The notes beneath the pieces are model-generated. The model was not told the origin of the DNA, made no database searches, and worked only from the letters and a program-made list of their open reading frames with translations. DNA of 64,000 nucleotides, taken from IMG/VR virus record IMGVR_UViG_3300032102_000006, one strand, 5' to 3'. The position numbers and the translations under genes are program-made. This stretch comes from a virus. Within the stretch, counting starts at the first letter, position 1. Each line of letters starts with the position of its first letter. Shown here piece after piece: positions 55,184 through 64,000 of this stretch.

Positions 55184-56460
55184 TTATCGTCTCGAAAGCG
55201 CATAAATCTTGGAAATCTTAAACTATAATAATCTGAATCCTGAGACTTTGTAATCGCATCAGCCAATATCTCTACCGTCTGGCCCATTACAGATTTCTTA
55301 TCATCCCACATTTCTTGACGTTGCTGGTCAGATAAACCAGAACCAACGTTGACCCTAATAACTCGTTCGTGGTCAATACCTTCACATACCAGCGCACCGA
55401 GCATACCGGCATTTTTACCAGTACCTTCTTCCAATGCCACAACCTGAAGATCTACTGATATAACCGGTTTCTTTTTTAACCAAGCAACTGAGCGCTTACA
55501 TTCATATGGTGCGATAGGGTCTTTGATAAGCAAACCTTCGTAGCCGCCGTCGATTGCTTGCTGGTTGATAGCACGGAAGCGTTTTTGTCCTGCCCCAGTA
55601 TCCAAGTCAACAAGCTCTTGTGCCAAGGTACGGAAATTAGGCAATGCTTCGACGTTGCCGTTATACCAATCCTTGAGCCATTCGCTACGAGCAGCCTGCG
55701 GAGTGTTGCACTTACCTTTTTCAAAGTTAACCAGCGGAACAGCGTCAAACAGATACAGCAATGCGTCCTTAGCGTTAACATTATCCTTGCGATGCACTTG
55801 CTTCATCAAGTCCTGGAAGCTGGTGCTCATCACCTCGCCGTCTAAGACCATGGGCTCAGTAAAGCCTGCGGCAACGGTGGATAGTTGTTCCTTAAGGTGC
55901 GGAAAGTTTACCAGCTCTTTGCCATTACGACTAAATTGATCAACACGACCATCTGGATAAACAATAGTAATAACTCGTACCCCATCGAGTTTGACCTCAA
56001 TGAGCTTCTTTCCAGCCACTTTGGTTTCATGATTAGCACTATCATGAGCAAGCTGGCAAGTAAAAACAGGAATTGCATCTTTCTTGATCTTATTGATTGT
56101 TTTTTCGCTGACACCGCAACGCAAGTCCTTGATTAGGACACGGCGATACCAACCATTCCATTGCTCTTTTGTAGCTTGATCCATTAGCTTGACTACAACA
56201 TCACGAGCGGCGTTACCGGTGCAGGCCCGGTTAATAAAAAGTTGTACAGCATTGTTAAAACTAGCCCAATCCAAGCCGGGACCATCGGTGCCAGTTTTTT
56301 CGGGGATTTGTTTGAGCCCAAAAGTAATCATACTGTCGAGTGCAAGCCTTGCGCCAGCAAAGAACTCGGTATTACTTTTGTTTGCTAGAATAATACTTTC
56401 TTTGCCCAAGCGGGAATTGTCGTCTTCGAGCAGTTGGATAATGTTCCAAGGTTGATTCAT
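55180..56460 (-). CDS. gp30: ATP-dependent DNA ligase
   Basis: E.KLDGVR (motif I), VLDGE, YLFD, GYEGLLIKD, KRS..WLK.K, SLRFPRF; start likely ATG 56460. Confidence 0.95.
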   Translation of the reverse strand: MNQPWNIIQLLEDDNSRLGKESIILANKSNTEFFAGARLALDSMITFGLKQIPEKTGTDGPGLDWASFNNAVQLFINRACTGNAARDVVVKLMDQATKEQWNGWYRRVLIKDLRCGVSEKTINKIKKDAIPVFTCQLAHDSANHETKVAGKKLIEVKLDGVRVITIVYPDGRVDQFSRNGKELVNFPHLKEQLSTVAAGFTEPMVLDGEVMSTSFQDLMKQVHRKDNVNAKDALLYLFDAVPLVNFEKGKCNTPQAARSEWLKDWYNGNVEALPNFRTLAQELVDLDTGAGQKRFRAINQQAIDGGYEGLLIKDPIAPYECKRSVAWLKKKPVISVDLQVVALEEGTGKNAGMLGALVCEGIDHERVIRVNVGSGLSDQQRQEMWDDKKSVMGQTVEILADAITKSQDSDYYSLRFPRFMRFRDDK

Positions 56461-56490
56461 TTTGACCCCATAAAAAATCGCTATAAACAC

Positions 56491-56519
56491 ATTATAGTGC
56501 CATAGCGATTTTGTGTCAA
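56491..56519 (-). promoter_or_regulatory. Sigma70-type early promoter flanked by 11-bp inverted repeat
   Basis: TTGACA-N17-TATAAT; AAAATCGCTAT (56474-84) / ATAGCGATTTT (56502-12). Confidence 0.8.
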
Positions 56520-56593
56520 ATTATCAAACGTGAGTGTTGATTGTAAATATCAGTATAAGATTAGTAATATCTAATATTTTAAAAGGAGTTAAA

Positions 56594-57472
56594 ATGAAAA
56601 AACTATTAAGTTTAATTACAGGCATTTGTATTTTTTCATCTGCTGCGGCGACTGAATTTACTGTATATTTTGGGCCAGGCGGAGTGAGCGATAGGGCTAC
56701 TAGGCTTATAACAAAACATTTACCTGAAAATTATGTTGTTGTTAACCGGCCAGGCGCTGGCGGACGAATTGCAATTTCTCACTTGCAAAAATCTGAAAGT
56801 ATTATGTTAGCAACTATGAGCCAAATTTATGTCACTAATCATTTAATGGCAACGCCTGCAGGGTATGATGCAGATAAAGATTTGGAAATAATTGCCACTA
56901 TCGGAACAACACCAAATTTATTAGCGTGTAAAAAGAGTTTAGGATTTACAGAAGTAAAAGATCTAGCTGGTAAAAAACTAAATTTTGGTGTTACAGGGGT
57001 CGGAACAAGTGAGCATATTGCTACTGCAACATTGCTAACTAAAATACCCGGAGATCATGTTATTGTTCCGTATAGTCAGGGCGGCAATTCAGCAGTTAAA
57101 GATTTAATCGGCGGACAACTCGATTGTACATTTGGTAATTACTCGACAATACAGCCTTTAATGACTAGCGATAAAATTACAGTCCTAATGTCTAGTCATA
57201 AATTGGGATTAAGTGTTCCAACTTGGAGCGAATTATACGGTGAGAAATTCCCCTTTCAAAGCTACCTAAGTATAGTCTTAAGTTCTCATTTAGATGCTGA
57301 TACCAAGAAAAAGATAAAGCTAGAAGTTACAGCAGCGTTATCTAATCCAGATATTAAACGAGAATTGGAGAATATCGGAATATTTGTCGAATACGCAACA
57401 GAAAAGCAAGTGCTTGGTGCAATGAAACAACTCAAAACATTCATTACGAATTCTAATATGAAAATTCAATAA
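56594..57472 (+). CDS. Bug/TctC tripartite tricarboxylate transporter substrate-binding protein
   Basis: Signal peptide MKKLL...AAA; F.PGG.SD...R; VVVNRPGAGG.IA; G..G.GTSEH.A; VPY..GG..A..DL.GG..D; AAGGAG SD; TAAATA at 56544-49. Confidence 0.85.
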   Translation: MKKLLSLITGICIFSSAAATEFTVYFGPGGVSDRATRLITKHLPENYVVVNRPGAGGRIAISHLQKSESIMLATMSQIYVTNHLMATPAGYDADKDLEIIATIGTTPNLLACKKSLGFTEVKDLAGKKLNFGVTGVGTSEHIATATLLTKIPGDHVIVPYSQGGNSAVKDLIGGQLDCTFGNYSTIQPLMTSDKITVLMSSHKLGLSVPTWSELYGEKFPFQSYLSIVLSSHLDADTKKKIKLEVTAALSNPDIKRELENIGIFVEYATEKQVLGAMKQLKTFITNSNMKIQ

Positions 57473-57473
57473 C

Positions 57474-58631
57474 TTATAAATTTGGATCTATTTTTCCAAT
57501 ACTAATATTAAAACTAAATATTTGCAACCCATCTTCTTCTCCATCTTTTGAAGTTTTCAAAAATGGAGATAGGTGGGTTTTTACATAGTCGATACCTTCC
57601 TTCCAAACAGCAACAGCATTGCTATCTTGATGTCCGTATATAAACCAATGGTCTAATTCACTTGTCCAGTCTAATGTTGCTTTATTCGCTTGCCACCACG
57701 ATTTATCCCATGTTGTATAAACAACACTCCGCAATACAGGTTCGTGTATTAATCTGACTTTTTCAAAAGACATAGTTTCTAAATCCCATGCATGCAACAT
57801 TTGTGGGTTTTTTCGTAGCCACCGTTTAATTGTATGACCTTGCTTAATTAACAACGGAACACAGTCGGGGCTCCAGTAAAAAAATACTAATTCGCTATTC
57901 GGGTATTCTTTCATGTGCTCTGCAACTGTATTTTGGTTAGTTGCTCGGTCGACAAACCGCATATAAAGCCGGTTGTCATGAACAAACGTTCGAGGTTTTT
58001 CGGTTCCTAACACCATTGCAATTTTTTTCCCTTTGTCAAATCTTTTTTGTATATCTGAGAAATGCAAATAGTTAAATCTAGTCATGCCGACTGGATTGAG
58101 ACCTTCTCTTTTGTCTAAAACCCAACTAGCATCTCCAGTTTTTTCCAAAGAGTCAAACAAACAATCACTTAAGTCCATGATAGTAATTTTTGTTTTTGGT
58201 ATCAAAGCTGCGATCTCTTTTAGCCTTGGCATAGTTTGTAAATAATGCTCTGCACCAGCATTTTGAGCACTTGTATTAAGTGGATCTATTTGTGTAAATT
58301 TGCCGCTGGCCTTCTCAGTAGTATTAACTACTATTTCGTCTAAAAACAAACCTTGGCGCAAAAAGCTCATTAAAATATTATGGCTGTCTGCTCCGCCGCT
58401 ATAACTGAGCATAACATAATCATATTGCTCCCTGATTTGTCTTGCTCTTTTATTATACAACTCGTCTAATGTCTCGACGGGTTCTTCCCACCAATTATAA
58501 GATCTAAACAATTCTTCGTTAAAGTGCCATTTTAATGGTTGATTAGTTTCTATGGATTTAAGGCATGCTTGAATTTTTGATGAAAATTCTAATTGACCTA
58601 CAGTGTAATAACCAAGTTTTTTATTAATCAT
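57474..58631 (-). CDS. PP-loop (adenine nucleotide alpha-hydrolase superfamily) protein
   Basis: VMLSYSGGADSHNIL (SGGxDS); no glutaminase domain apparent. Confidence 0.7.
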   Translation of the reverse strand: MINKKLGYYTVGQLEFSSKIQACLKSIETNQPLKWHFNEELFRSYNWWEEPVETLDELYNKRARQIREQYDYVMLSYSGGADSHNILMSFLRQGLFLDEIVVNTTEKASGKFTQIDPLNTSAQNAGAEHYLQTMPRLKEIAALIPKTKITIMDLSDCLFDSLEKTGDASWVLDKREGLNPVGMTRFNYLHFSDIQKRFDKGKKIAMVLGTEKPRTFVHDNRLYMRFVDRATNQNTVAEHMKEYPNSELVFFYWSPDCVPLLIKQGHTIKRWLRKNPQMLHAWDLETMSFEKVRLIHEPVLRSVVYTTWDKSWWQANKATLDWTSELDHWFIYGHQDSNAVAVWKEGIDYVKTHLSPFLKTSKDGEEDGLQIFSFNISIGKIDPNL

Positions 58632-58660
58632 AATCGGTGTGTTTAAATAAATATTTATAT

Positions 58661-59557
58661 ATGTATTTAAACTTTAAAAACAATATTTTTTCAGTTACAT
58701 TAACAAGTTGCAACCGGATAGTTGGTAATGTTAGACAAGAATCCGAGAGATATGCACGTGAATTGTATGCAAGTAATAAAAAAATAATGCTAGGATTAAG
58801 CGGAGGATTAGATAGTCAGGTTGTGCTTCACAGCTTTGTTAGTCAGCAAATTCCTATAGAATGTGCATTTTTATACTTAAAAAATTGCAATGATTTTGAA
58901 TATGAAAATGTAAAATTTTTACAAAAAAAATACAATATCCAGTTAACAGTTGTAGAGTTAGATCCGTTTGATATAAAAGACGAAATGCTAGAGGAATATA
59001 AAAATACAAATATTCCACCCTTTCAGTTGATGCATAAGAAGTTTTTAAGCAAGCTCCCTCTTGAGTATACATTTATTCAGGGATTAGACGGTCCTGATTT
59101 ATTTGTCAAAGATAAACAATGGTATATTGTACAAACGGCAAATTCATTTGTAAATTCCAGAATACGGGCTATGGAAATGCTTAACAGGCCTGCACCAGTT
59201 ATTGCATGGGAAAAAGATCCTGGTATATTTTTAAGTATAATAGACGATGGTATTATGCACGGGTACCGTTATAGTCATATTAATATTTTTAATAACGGAT
59301 TAAGTTATGCAAACGACAGACCTATTCCGTCGATAGATCATTTTGATTTGTATATTAAAACGATAATGTACGGAAAGTACTGGAAGAACGAATTAGAATA
59401 TTTTCACAAATATCAAGGTCCCGAAAAGGTTGATTGGATTATGGAGAAAAAATGGCACCGGTATAAAGAAAACGTTGTGTACATTCCTTTTCATGATGCT
59501 ATTGATATTTTAAAAAATAAGCAAAATGTAACAAAAACTTATAATCAACGAAATTAA
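58661..59557 (+). CDS. Second PP-loop (adenine nucleotide alpha-hydrolase) protein
   Basis: IMLGLSGGLDSQVV (SGGxDS); start ATG 58661; AT-rich. Confidence 0.7.
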   Translation: MYLNFKNNIFSVTLTSCNRIVGNVRQESERYARELYASNKKIMLGLSGGLDSQVVLHSFVSQQIPIECAFLYLKNCNDFEYENVKFLQKKYNIQLTVVELDPFDIKDEMLEEYKNTNIPPFQLMHKKFLSKLPLEYTFIQGLDGPDLFVKDKQWYIVQTANSFVNSRIRAMEMLNRPAPVIAWEKDPGIFLSIIDDGIMHGYRYSHINIFNNGLSYANDRPIPSIDHFDLYIKTIMYGKYWKNELEYFHKYQGPEKVDWIMEKKWHRYKENVVYIPFHDAIDILKNKQNVTKTYNQRN

Positions 59558-59568
59558 TAGTTTAATAA

Positions 59569-59778
59569 TCACTCGTATTCGTGATTCTGCATCAAATCAT
59601 AACGTTTTCGGTACATTCGCCCTAGCTCGTCTTTAAGTTTGAGCTTTTGTTTTTTGAGATCCTCTACTTGAAATTCATCCCAACTTTTTTGTTTTAAGAT
59701 TTGATCAAGTTGCCGTTCGATTGCAGTGTGCTGATTATCCAGCGTTCTAATGTGATGTTCTAAAGATTCGATATTCAT
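59569..59778 (-). CDS. YdcH/DUF465-like small coiled-coil protein
   Basis: H..L...H..IE..L.......LKKQKLKLKDEL; GGAGG SD; TAAATA at 59813-18. Confidence 0.7.
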   Translation of the reverse strand: MNIESLEHHIRTLDNQHTAIERQLDQILKQKSWDEFQVEDLKKQKLKLKDELGRMYRKRYDLMQNHEYE

Positions 59779-59835
59779 AATACCCTCCTTTTACAGCTAG
59801 CGCCGTTGTAAATATTTAACGAGCAGTAATAGTTT

Positions 59836-60051
59836 TTATGCTCGATAGACAATATCTAATCCGCCCATTTTGCCAACATAAACACCGTTTTCGTGCCTGC
59901 TGATTAAATTTACCTTAACACCTTGTATAGCAGCTACTAGCGTTCTTTCATTTAATGCTAGTACATCAGCCTGCAGGGCTTTATTATTGTTTTCGCAAAC
60001 AATTAAAACTTGGCTTGGCGTGTTTGACTTGATCCAATCATTTTTATTCAT
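59836..60051 (-). CDS. Small hypothetical protein
   Basis: GGAG SD before ATG 60051. Confidence 0.6.
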   Translation of the reverse strand: MNKNDWIKSNTPSQVLIVCENNNKALQADVLALNERTLVAAIQGVKVNLISRHENGVYVGKMGGLDIVYRA

Positions 60052-60100
60052 ATGTGCTCCGTTCATTAAATACTTATATTATTTTGTAATAAATATTAGT

Positions 60101-60481
60101 ATGCGTAAATTTAAAGGCTTTAGTACAGTAGATCGTCGTGGTGGCAATTTCAAATTATATGACATTGAGTTAGCAAAGCGTGATTTACTTAACGAATTTT
60201 ATACCCGAAAAGGGGAACGTCTCATGAGTCCTACTTTTGGTAGTATTGTATGGGACTTGTTGTTTGACCCAATGACGGAGGAAACAACAGAGCTTATTAA
60301 GGAAGACACCTTAAGAATAGTTACTAAAGATCCTCGTTTAGAATTAAGAGATTTTGCAGTTACTGAAAGCGAACACTCGATAACCGTAACTGTTGTATTA
60401 AATTATGTTCCGACTGCTACTATAACAGAATTAGTTGCAGTATTCGATAGAGATACAGCTTATAACCAAGCACAAGGATAA
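60101..60481 (+). CDS. gp25: Baseplate wedge subunit (gp25-like)
   Basis: D.EL.K.DL.N.F.TRKGER.M.P.FGS.V..LLF.P; DPR.E; TAAATA at 60090-95. Confidence 0.9.
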   Translation: MRKFKGFSTVDRRGGNFKLYDIELAKRDLLNEFYTRKGERLMSPTFGSIVWDLLFDPMTEETTELIKEDTLRIVTKDPRLELRDFAVTESEHSITVTVVLNYVPTATITELVAVFDRDTAYNQAQG

Positions 60482-60484
60482 CCA

Positions 60485-63400
60485 ATGCCAAAAGCAATAA
60501 GACAAGAAAATTTATATGGTGCAGAAGATTGGAGTATAGTTTATACTAGCTTCAAAAATGCAGAATTTATCAGCTACGATTTTGACACACTTCGTCAAAG
60601 TATGGTTGATTACATGCAGACTAACTATGCAGAAGAATTCAACGATTACATCCAAAACAGTGAATTTATTGCACTACTAGATTTGGTTGCTTACGTGGGA
60701 CAAAACCTGGCATTCCGCATGGATTTAAATGCTAGAGAAAACATTCTAGATACGGCAGAAAAGCGTGAAAGTGTATTACGTATTGCACGTATGCTTTCTT
60801 ACAAACCAAAACGTGTTCGCCCTGCTCAAGGCTTCTTAAAAGTCACAAGTGCAGTTACTACTGAGCAACTGTTAGACAGCACTGGTTCTAACTTATCTAA
60901 CAAGGTAGTTCGATGGGGTGCTGATCCTAGTGAGTTAGAATACGAACGTTTTCTAACTATCATGAATGCTGCATTTTCTGATTTGAATAAATTTGGCACT
61001 CCTGTCAAACAAGCAGTTAGCGAAACAAATTCTAATATCTTTGAAGTTTACAGGTTTAATAATCCTGCTACATTTACTAACTATCCTATTAATGCAATTG
61101 CAGATGGGATTAATTTAAACTTTGATTTATTGCCAGTTGACATAGACGCTTCGGGAGTAATTACACAAATCGAACCAAGTTACGAAAACGGCTTTACTGT
61201 TATGTATAGAAATGACAGCAAAGGTGTTGGTAGTACAAAAACAGGTTTCTTTTTCCTAGCAAAACAAGGTTATATTTCTTCAACAGTTGAAACATTTGTA
61301 AGTCCTATTGCAAACGCAGTAATAGATATTCCTTCAAGTGGAAATATTTCTGAAGAAGATTTTTTTGTACAAACAATCGACGATACCGGCAGTGTTATAA
61401 AAACATGGACACGAGTGGGTGATACTAATTTTACTAACATTGTTGTTAACGAATATGGAGCAGCAAATAAAGACGTTTACGAAGTAATATACAGCGACAA
61501 CGATATTACTAGTATTAAATTTGGAGACGGAAAGTTCAGCAATCCGCCTACAGGCAATATCAGAGTATGGTATCGTTTAGCAGAGGACAGGTATGTTAGA
61601 GTTAAGGCAGGAGATATTAACAATGCAACGTTTGACATTCAGTATGTAAATCCAGCCAATCAAACACATACACTTTCGTTGACTCTTGAGTTACAGGATA
61701 ACATGGTAACTGGTTTACCGTCGGAGTCTATTAACGAAATTAAACAAAACGCACCCGAAGCATTCTACAGCAAAAATAGAATGGTAACCGGTGATGACTA
61801 CAATGGATTCTTGCCAACGCTTAACAATGATGTATTAGTACTTAAAGCAGAAAATAGAACATTCAGTGGACACAGTCGTTATGTCGACTTAAAAGATCCA
61901 ACAGGCAAGAATCGTCCGTTGATAGAATTTGCAGACGATGGATTTATATACAGAGACGAAAGCGTTAAGAACTTATTTGTACCTGATAACACTAGCAGAC
62001 GAACAGTTGATTTGTTAGACGAGTTTATCGAAAAACAATTAAGCGATCTAGGCCTATTGAATTTCTATTACGGTCGTTTGAATTTAACTAACATAACAGG
62101 AGGCACCGGCGAGCCGGGTGATGGCGAATATGGCTATTTTCCTGTTGTTAATTCTGAAAAAACAATTTATTATTCTACGCTAACCTCTGAGTTAGCTGCA
62201 ACTGATATCATTAATACCTTAACTGTTGCAAGTATTAACACGACAAATGCTTACGATAATTTTGATATAGACGGCGGCTTACTACAAATTGGCAGTGAGT
62301 TGATTACTTACAACACCGTTAGCAACAACACTTTTGTAGGTGTTGAGCGTGGTGTATTCGGTACTACAAAACAAACGCATGCAGCAGGAACACAAGTTTT
62401 CAAGGTCACTGACTTTAGATGGAGAGTTGCATATAACGATGCAACTAGTAGCAATGGCTATATTAGCGAGTCTAATAATAGTACAGTTCCACAAAAGTTA
62501 GGTTATACTACTGGTGGGGTTTTACGTGCTGTTCGTCCAGGCTCGATGATAAAATTACAAAATGAAGCAGGAACGTATCAGTGGGTAACTATTTCTGATA
62601 TTAAAGGCGACGGGTTAGGTATAGAAGATAACAATTATAACTACACAGGTTTATTGGTAAACGGATACGGGGCAGTAGAATTAAACAAATCAGTTACCAG
62701 TTTAGATAGAATACAAACAATCATTCCTCCTTTTACTAGGGTGTTCGATGACTCTGCAAGAGCAGCTCTATTAGAAAAATTAGAAAATAAAGAATCTTTT
62801 GCATTAAAGTTTGATAATATTACACCTAAGTGGACAATCATCGGAGAAGATGTATTCCTAGAAAGTCCATATGATAACAGAGACGACGAATCTGCGTGGC
62901 TCATTAATTGTAAGCGTGAGACAAATGGCTGGACCGTCAGTGTTCGCCAGTTAGATTATATCTTTGGAAGCGAAGAATTAATTAGATTCTACAACATTAA
63001 TTTTGCCCCAACATTTAATCCGGGCGTTAAATCAATTAGTAGAGATAAGATATCCTTACTAACATTGAGTTCTAGCGGTAAGTTAACTGAGTTTGAAAAT
63101 TATAAGATTAGCGGGTATTATGTTTACGATGATGGCTACACTGATAATAGTAAAGTTAAAGTTACTTCATTGGATGTTGATAATGACTTCTTGCCGGACA
63201 ATCCTGAACATTTCTTAAATGTAATTGATGGCAACCAGGTTGCATTAGTAGCGTATAACGAAGGCGATTTTAGTTATATTGTACCAACTGGCATCAACAC
63301 GGAAGAAGATATTATTCTCAAAGTACCTGGTAGATTGGGAATGGCGTTTAAATGGGAACACACAGTTGACATCGATCAAACGTTAAATCCAAGTCTTACT

Positions 63401-63958
63401 AACATTATCGACGTTTATGTCTTAACTAAGAGTTACAACGAAGATTACATTTCTTGGAAGAAGAAAAATAATGCCAAATTAGTTGCACCACAACCGCAGA
63501 CTAGCGAAGAACTAAGAAATAGCTTTTCTAATTTGAATAGATATAAAATGATGACAGATGAAGTTGTGTTTCATCCTGTTAAATTTAAACCGCTATTTGG
63601 TACGTTAAGCGATCCAGAATTCCAAGCACAATTTAAAGTGGTTAAGAGTCCAAAGAGCAAATTGACAGACAGTGAAATCAAGAGTAAAGTAGTTAATGCA
63701 ATTGACACTTATTTTACACCCGGCAACTTTGGCTTCGGGGAAAATTTTTACTTTACTGAATTAGCAGCCTACATTCATACAGTGTTAAATAAAGATCTAA
63801 GCAGTGTAGTTATTGTACCTGTAAGTCAGTCAAGTAAATTCGGATCGCTGTTCCAGATACAGCCGGATAGAAATGAAGTTGTCACTAGCGTTGCTAGTGT
63901 CAACGATATTATAGTTATAAATGAGATCACAGATAGTAACATTAGGATCGGACGATGA
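60485..63958 (+). CDS. gp6: Baseplate wedge protein (gp6-like, baseplate J family)
   Basis: YDF..LR..M..Y; FND....SE...L.DL.AY; N..DTA..R.SV...A..L.Y.PKR; ES..EIK..AP..F....R.VT.DDY. Confidence 0.9.
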   Translation: MPKAIRQENLYGAEDWSIVYTSFKNAEFISYDFDTLRQSMVDYMQTNYAEEFNDYIQNSEFIALLDLVAYVGQNLAFRMDLNARENILDTAEKRESVLRIARMLSYKPKRVRPAQGFLKVTSAVTTEQLLDSTGSNLSNKVVRWGADPSELEYERFLTIMNAAFSDLNKFGTPVKQAVSETNSNIFEVYRFNNPATFTNYPINAIADGINLNFDLLPVDIDASGVITQIEPSYENGFTVMYRNDSKGVGSTKTGFFFLAKQGYISSTVETFVSPIANAVIDIPSSGNISEEDFFVQTIDDTGSVIKTWTRVGDTNFTNIVVNEYGAANKDVYEVIYSDNDITSIKFGDGKFSNPPTGNIRVWYRLAEDRYVRVKAGDINNATFDIQYVNPANQTHTLSLTLELQDNMVTGLPSESINEIKQNAPEAFYSKNRMVTGDDYNGFLPTLNNDVLVLKAENRTFSGHSRYVDLKDPTGKNRPLIEFADDGFIYRDESVKNLFVPDNTSRRTVDLLDEFIEKQLSDLGLLNFYYGRLNLTNITGGTGEPGDGEYGYFPVVNSEKTIYYSTLTSELAATDIINTLTVASINTTNAYDNFDIDGGLLQIGSELITYNTVSNNTFVGVERGVFGTTKQTHAAGTQVFKVTDFRWRVAYNDATSSNGYISESNNSTVPQKLGYTTGGVLRAVRPGSMIKLQNEAGTYQWVTISDIKGDGLGIEDNNYNYTGLLVNGYGAVELNKSVTSLDRIQTIIPPFTRVFDDSARAALLEKLENKESFALKFDNITPKWTIIGEDVFLESPYDNRDDESAWLINCKRETNGWTVSVRQLDYIFGSEELIRFYNINFAPTFNPGVKSISRDKISLLTLSSSGKLTEFENYKISGYYVYDDGYTDNSKVKVTSLDVDNDFLPDNPEHFLNVIDGNQVALVAYNEGDFSYIVPTGINTEEDIILKVPGRLGMAFKWEHTVDIDQTLNPSLTNIIDVYVLTKSYNEDYISWKKKNNAKLVAPQPQTSEELRNSFSNLNRYKMMTDEVVFHPVKFKPLFGTLSDPEFQAQFKVVKSPKSKLTDSEIKSKVVNAIDTYFTPGNFGFGENFYFTELAAYIHTVLNKDLSSVVIVPVSQSSKFGSLFQIQPDRNEVVTSVASVNDIIVINEITDSNIRIGR

Positions 63959-64000
63959 GCAAAAAAACTAAAAAACCAGCAGAACAAACAGCAACAAAAG
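63955..64000 (+). CDS. Start of next baseplate-region ORF (truncated)
   Basis: ATGA overlap with gp6 stop; MSKKTKKPAEQTATK. Confidence 0.55.
   Translation, partial: MSKKTKKPAEQTATK

Noticed and set aside
5262-60481. Longest-ORF starts in the track (5813, 6334, 10770, 13119, 21283, 27634, 29479, 33640, 52307, 52800, 56490, 56534, 58637, 59987, 60066)
   Set aside because: They overlap neighbours or promoters; downstream starts with an SD, stop-start coupling or promoter support were used instead.
1-64000. Stop-codon reassignment as in some jumbo phages
   Set aside because: Core genes (MCP, portal, sheath, gp46/47, gp6) are full length in code 11; only the single M23/hub junction is suspicious.

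Overview
A 64-kb fragment of a large T4-like (myovirus, probably jumbo) phage genome in standard genetic code, with no tRNA or CRISPR array seen. It holds most of the morphogenesis module: head completion gp4, tail tube(s) gp19, sheath gp18, neck gp13/gp14, tail terminator gp15, a ~15-kb tail-fibre cluster including a 2011-aa coiled-coil fibre, MCP gp23, scaffold gp22, protease gp21, portal gp20, tape measure, and baseplate gp26/gp53/gp27-like/gp5-like/gp25/gp6. It also carries gp46/gp47, late sigma gp55, ATP-dependent ligase, nucleotide-pool enzymes, four GIY-YIG genes, two islands of small early genes, and an accessory block (Bug/TctC binding protein, two divergent PP-loop ATPases, sulfotransferase-like and glycosyltransferase genes). 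The Bug gene hints at a betaproteobacterial host (inference). Two promoter classes can be read directly: sigma70-type TTG(A/G)CA-N17-TATAAT and late TAAATA. The most intriguing unexplained element is a ~520-bp, heavily base-paired non-coding region (39252-39769) that begins at the stop codon of a minimal GIY-YIG nuclease. All product calls come from motif recognition and gene order; no database search was run.
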